From assembly GCA_020891255.1 (NCBI GenBank), contig BQFW01000008.1:1612001-1676000 (forward strand): a stretch of DNA of 64,000 nucleotides, read 5' to 3'. A program made the translations under genes and the position numbers. This document shows positions 60,001 to 64,000 of the stretch, piece by piece. Source of the DNA: Entomortierella parvispora E1425. Taxonomy: Eukaryota; Fungi; Mortierellomycota. The notes beneath the pieces were generated by a model. It saw only the letters and a program-made list of their open reading frames with translations. It had not been told where the DNA came from and did no database searches. Positions within the stretch are counted from its first letter, which is position 1. Every line of letters begins with the position of its first letter.

Positions 60001-61972
60001 ATGTCGCGCCTTTCTGCTTGAACGATTGTAAATGGGCTTGGAGGTAGCCGCCTTTTTTTCGTTCGTCTTTTTCTTCTTCTTTTGGCTTGCCTCCTGCGAA
60101 AGGGAACGCTTCTGACTGGTTGAGGCAGTAGGAATCGAAGATGAACCTGCTGGGTTGTTCTGGTTGACTAGATCCGTCGCAAGTGGTGCAGATCCAGTTT
60201 GGTTGTCAGAGTTGCTGGTGTGGGTTGCGTTCGGAGCGACGGGATGGACTTTTGGAGGGCCTATGGACTGATCGTATAGCCCCACGGGTCCCTCATTCCT
60301 AGACCAGCCAGGGGGAAGCCTCTCCGACCAAGCTGTGCGATCATGATGCCGAATCTTTGAAAGATAGTCTGGCCGCTTTCTATCCCTCATGAATCGCAGA
60401 AAGCTATTCATAAAGTGCAGTCGTGTTTAGAAAGGGAGCTTCGGCATGGTATGCTTTCTCTCTGCATAGCAATATGATACCATACCCTTGCTTAGTCTCT
60501 GTCCGACTTGTGCTTCCTCCTTCCGGGACCACAGGCAATGATGAGGCGCTTGACCTGATGAAGGACGGATTGATGACATTCGTTCAGAAAGAAAAGAAGA
60601 GAAAAAAAAAAAGAGTGACAGTTTGAGATATCTTACTTTGCGTTTGGTTTGGTCCGCTTGTTCCTGTTTGAGATATCGCACAGGGGAGAAAACAAGTCAG
60701 TACTGCTGTCCTTGAGTGCCTTTCAATAGGACAAACGCTTGACACTTACCTATATCGAAGCTTGGAGACTTCATTCACGATATGCAGCATCAAGTGGTCG
60801 ACGAGCTTTGCCGCATTATCCTCCAATATGATGCCGGTGTCTGTATCCTCCTTATTGTCGACGAAGATATCCACGCTGTTCTCAAAGACAGCCTGATCGA
60901 TCGAATTCTGAGAGCAGAACTTCTTGACATAGTCGACTGCCTTTGGCATGTCTGGCATTTCGTCCATGTCGCGGATGGTGTCCACAATCTTGGTAAGGCT
61001 TAGGCCGGGGACCTTTCGATCGTAATCATTCTCCGCCAGAACTGCCACAGCTTGCCATTGTTCATAAGACAGCTCAAGACTCCCGAGGATCGCCCCGATA
61101 TCATATTTGTAATACCGGCCGCCTTGAGGACTCTTGCGCAATACGTATGAAGCTCCGTGGAAAACATTGTCGCTATCAGCCGACGCGACCACCGTGTCTT
61201 CCTGCTCTTCTTCAGCATGCCTACTGATGCAAACATCGGCCTCCCCTGGGCAGACGTGCACCTTCCATCCCTTTGAGCCGAGTTGATTGCCAAGTGTGTC
61301 CCAGTCCTTATGAGTCATCGCCTTTGTATTTATCCACGCCTTGAGCAGTGGGCCGCGAATCCTCTTCACTAACCGAAGTACTTGGTTCTTTGTTGGCTTG
61401 GCCTTTCCGGCTGCAGTTTTCAGGGACACTTGCAATTGCAAATGGGCGAGATGGGACAAAACGGATGATGCCTTGTGGACAAACGCTGCAATCGCTCCGA
61501 TTCGAGAACGATCTCTTTTCTGGCGGGCGTATGTCTTTTGGATGGTTTTGGCGCCGTCAAAGTGGAGTATTCCTTGGTCTTTAGAAAACTTTTTCAACAG
61601 TGTTTTGTCGATCGCCGCCGAGATGTCGATCTCAAATATTGCCGAGGGGACTGGAGGGAGCGTAAACTCGGAGCCGATCAGTGATAAAAACTCCGTGTTG
61701 CTCTTGATGGCATCAGTCTCAAGAGGAGGGACTTTGGTCAAAAAAAGAGAGATCTCAACGGGAAGCATGTAGGGCGCCTCGAGGTTGGCCGAGGAGTTCA
61801 TGTGATTTTTCATTTCCGCAAAGATTTTGTTGCAGCGGATGCTTCTCGCAAGCGCAAACAAGATAGCAGGAATGTCGATGTGGACTCTCGGGAAAACATC
61901 TTTGGGCACAACTTCGGGATACTCCAGGCCTTCGATGTTGGCCAAATACGGCCAGGTGCTGGCCACGCCCAT
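57081..61972 (-). CDS. PIN(XPG/FEN1)-Fanzor fusion nuclease, copy C (intact, 1,492 aa predicted)
   Basis: Exons 61972-60750, 60663-60637, 60554-60486, 60403-59332, 59245-57404 and 57326-57081 total 4,479 nt in one frame. PIN motifs: MGVASTW, HIDI, HFDG, GEADV, ADSD, ENDY...PGL. RuvC/Zn motifs: IKTDG, GVDPG, LPEFRSSQFCSRC...CENC...DRDHNAGENL. Confidence 0.9.
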
Positions 61973-62848
61973 CTATCACACCAAAGACGATTACACAGCT
62001 TTAGTTAGATGGATATGTACTACGCTGACTACAGTTCACTCTCCTGATGGATCTAGGAGTCCGACTCAAAGAGGACAGCGGAAGTTTGCGCTCTTTTCGC
62101 CGTGCATATGCCAAAAGCCTTGTCTCGAAAAGATACACTGTTTTTGTCCATAGAGCGTGATCCTTACAGTCGGTGACGGCAAGCTCTGAGTGTCCAAGGG
62201 CGGTGATAGATGATGATGAGTGCAGAAAAGTAGTAGTTTGTAATATTCAGTGAATAAAGCAGGGATGGTGAGAAAGGAAAGGTGCGGGGATGGTGAGAAA
62301 GGCAGGGAGCAAGAAAGGACGAGTGGATGATCGATAGCTGATGGTTCAGGCCATCAGATTTCCCAAAAAAAAAACTAGGATAATTTTTATTACTGATGCC
62401 CCTCGCAGTTGCACCCTACAAACACAATAGCACTAATATATTATACATAATGAACTCCATAAAACGAAATTATTCATTTCGAGAAGTTCGTCTGTAGATA
62501 ACATCCCTGGCTTTGGAGGTTCGCTAAAAAAGATCTATTTCAAATTTATTCAGGGTGTGTGTGGGTGGGTGAGGAGTAAGTGAATCTTTCAAAGAACTGA
62601 CTGCATGACACTCAAGAAAATATCTAGACAGCACAGAACTATAGGTCGAGACAAGTGTGGTGGGAATGGGGCGAGAATAGGAAAGGAGTTGGGAGTTTTG
62701 TAAATTTCCGATAATGAGCGTGCAATTTTGATGGATAATCCGGCTCAGACAAGGGTCCTTTTGGTGGTATGTGGATTGATTTGACGACAAGGTCAAAAGG
62801 TTGAGGAATCTAAAGACTGCTCGATCCAGAAGAATCAAGAATCTCTGT

Positions 62849-63401
62849 TTAGGCAGTAGCCTCCTCGGCCCTCCTTGCGCGGTTAGCGCTCAAGATCTCC
62901 CGGCGCTCCTTCAACAACTCGGTCTGTCTCTGCTCAAGTCCATGAACAAAGTAACCAACGCCTCCGAGGGCGATAGCGGACACGCCGTATCCAACGAATT
63001 CTATATTTGAGCAATTGATACCAAGAACCATTAATAAAATGTCAATGTGCCTGAGGCGGAAGATATCTATTTGTCCTTAATATCCAGAATATCCCATTTG
63101 ACAATGTCGACATTGTTCAGCATCGCAGCGCTACACTCCTTGCCGGAATCTAGACCATCCGCTTTTGGTTTTAATACGATCCATCTCTTTCTGAAAAGCT
63201 GCTGTTCACAGATTGCCTCTGTCCATGAAGTGATTCCTTGAGTTTCTTTTGCCTGTGGCTCTCTCCTGGTCGGCATCCTAGGCATAGATTAGATCTGCTC
63301 GCCTTACCGCTGGAAAGGGCACGACGCTGCATGGTGAGGGCAAGGCCGCGGGCAGCAACGCCAAAGGTGGCGAATCCAGCAACAGTTCCGAGAAGAGCCA
63401 T
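62849..63401 (-). CDS. complex I accessory subunit NDUFC2/B14.5b-like (fungal 14-kDa subunit), 2 exons
   Basis: MALLGTVAGFATFGVAARGLALTMQRRALSS|EFVGYGVSAIALGGVGYFVHGLEQRQTELLKERREILSANRARRAEEATA*. Confidence 0.8.
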
Positions 63402-63741
63402 CTTGTGTAGAATGTGAGTAGGGTAGGAATGGAGGGGGGTTGAATGGAATGATGACACTTCGGCAATTCGTTCCCAACAATGGATGCGCGAACGCATCCC
63501 GCCGCCCTGTGCCCCCTTCCGGACCCCTTAACAAGCACAGCAGAAAAGAGGAAACAAAACGCAAACACGGGCAGCAGTCACTTTTTTTTTTAGTATAAAT
63601 GTGGCGAAGAAAGCACCTCCAATTTTTTTTTTTTGGTCTTTGGTTTGCTTTTCTTCTGGCGGTCTTGGTTTCTTTGTTCTTCACCCTCTCACCTTCTTCC
63701 CACACTTCCCCCCTCCTTCCCCTCCACCACCTAATTCCACT

Positions 63742-64000
63742 ATGGCTGAATCCAACATTGCCGTCCATGAGATGTTTGACACCATCCTCATCCTGGACTT
63801 TGGTTCGCAGTACTCGCACTTGATCACCCGCCGCATTCGTGAGTTTGGTGTCTACTGCGAGTTGCTGCCATGCACCCAGAAGATCTCGGAGCTCGGCTGG
63901 AAGCCTACCGGTAAGAACTACTTTACGCTGTCCTCCTTCACTCAACTGTGACATCCCGTTGCGGGCCATGCTTATTCATGATGACTCATACCTTTCTCAA
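63742..64000 (+). CDS. GUA1: GMP synthase (glutamine-hydrolysing), 5' end only
   Basis: [32 protein letters not shown]; runs off the window end. Confidence 0.95.

Noticed and set aside
51300-62500. TIR/TSD-bounded transposon around copies B and C
   Set aside because: No terminal repeats, transposase, Helitron ends or LTRs were recognisable, so mobility of B and C is unsupported from this window.
1-64000. tRNA or rRNA genes
   Set aside because: No cloverleaf or rRNA-like sequence recognised by eye; tRNAscan-SE/barrnap would be needed to exclude them.

Overview
Intron-rich fungal genomic DNA, most likely an early-diverging Mucoromycota/Mortierellaceae-type genome (inferred from gene style and a retained UFL1 gene). 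Housekeeping genes are dynactin p22, eIF3j, mS23/RSM25, APEH, UFL1, kynurenine aminotransferase, MET2, bL33m, SPF27, a Btz/CASC3-like gene, an NDUFC2-like subunit and GUA1. Two accessory blocks interrupt them. (1) 10.6-30.7 kb: an intact Mutator (MULE) transposase gene, then a complete 9,246-bp MULE (14218-23463) with ~125-bp TIRs and a perfect 9-bp TSD (CAAGAATCC). That element carries a Harbinger-derived gene pair with a substituted DDE triad and an Ulp1-protease/transposase unit. It is followed by a giant nuclease gene. (2) 51.8-62.0 kb: two more giant nuclease genes arranged tail-to-tail. All three (~1,400-2,000 aa) fuse an N-terminal XPG/FEN1-type PIN 5'-nuclease, with its full acidic active site, to a C-terminal Fanzor/TnpB-type RuvC with rearranged Glu and Zn finger. 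The two convergent copies splice to uninterrupted ORFs. Downstream of their stop codons they share a homologous 92/93-nt intron-like sequence, a candidate omega-RNA locus. This dual-nuclease Fanzor family is the main finding. All splice models and motif calls were read by eye and need computational confirmation.
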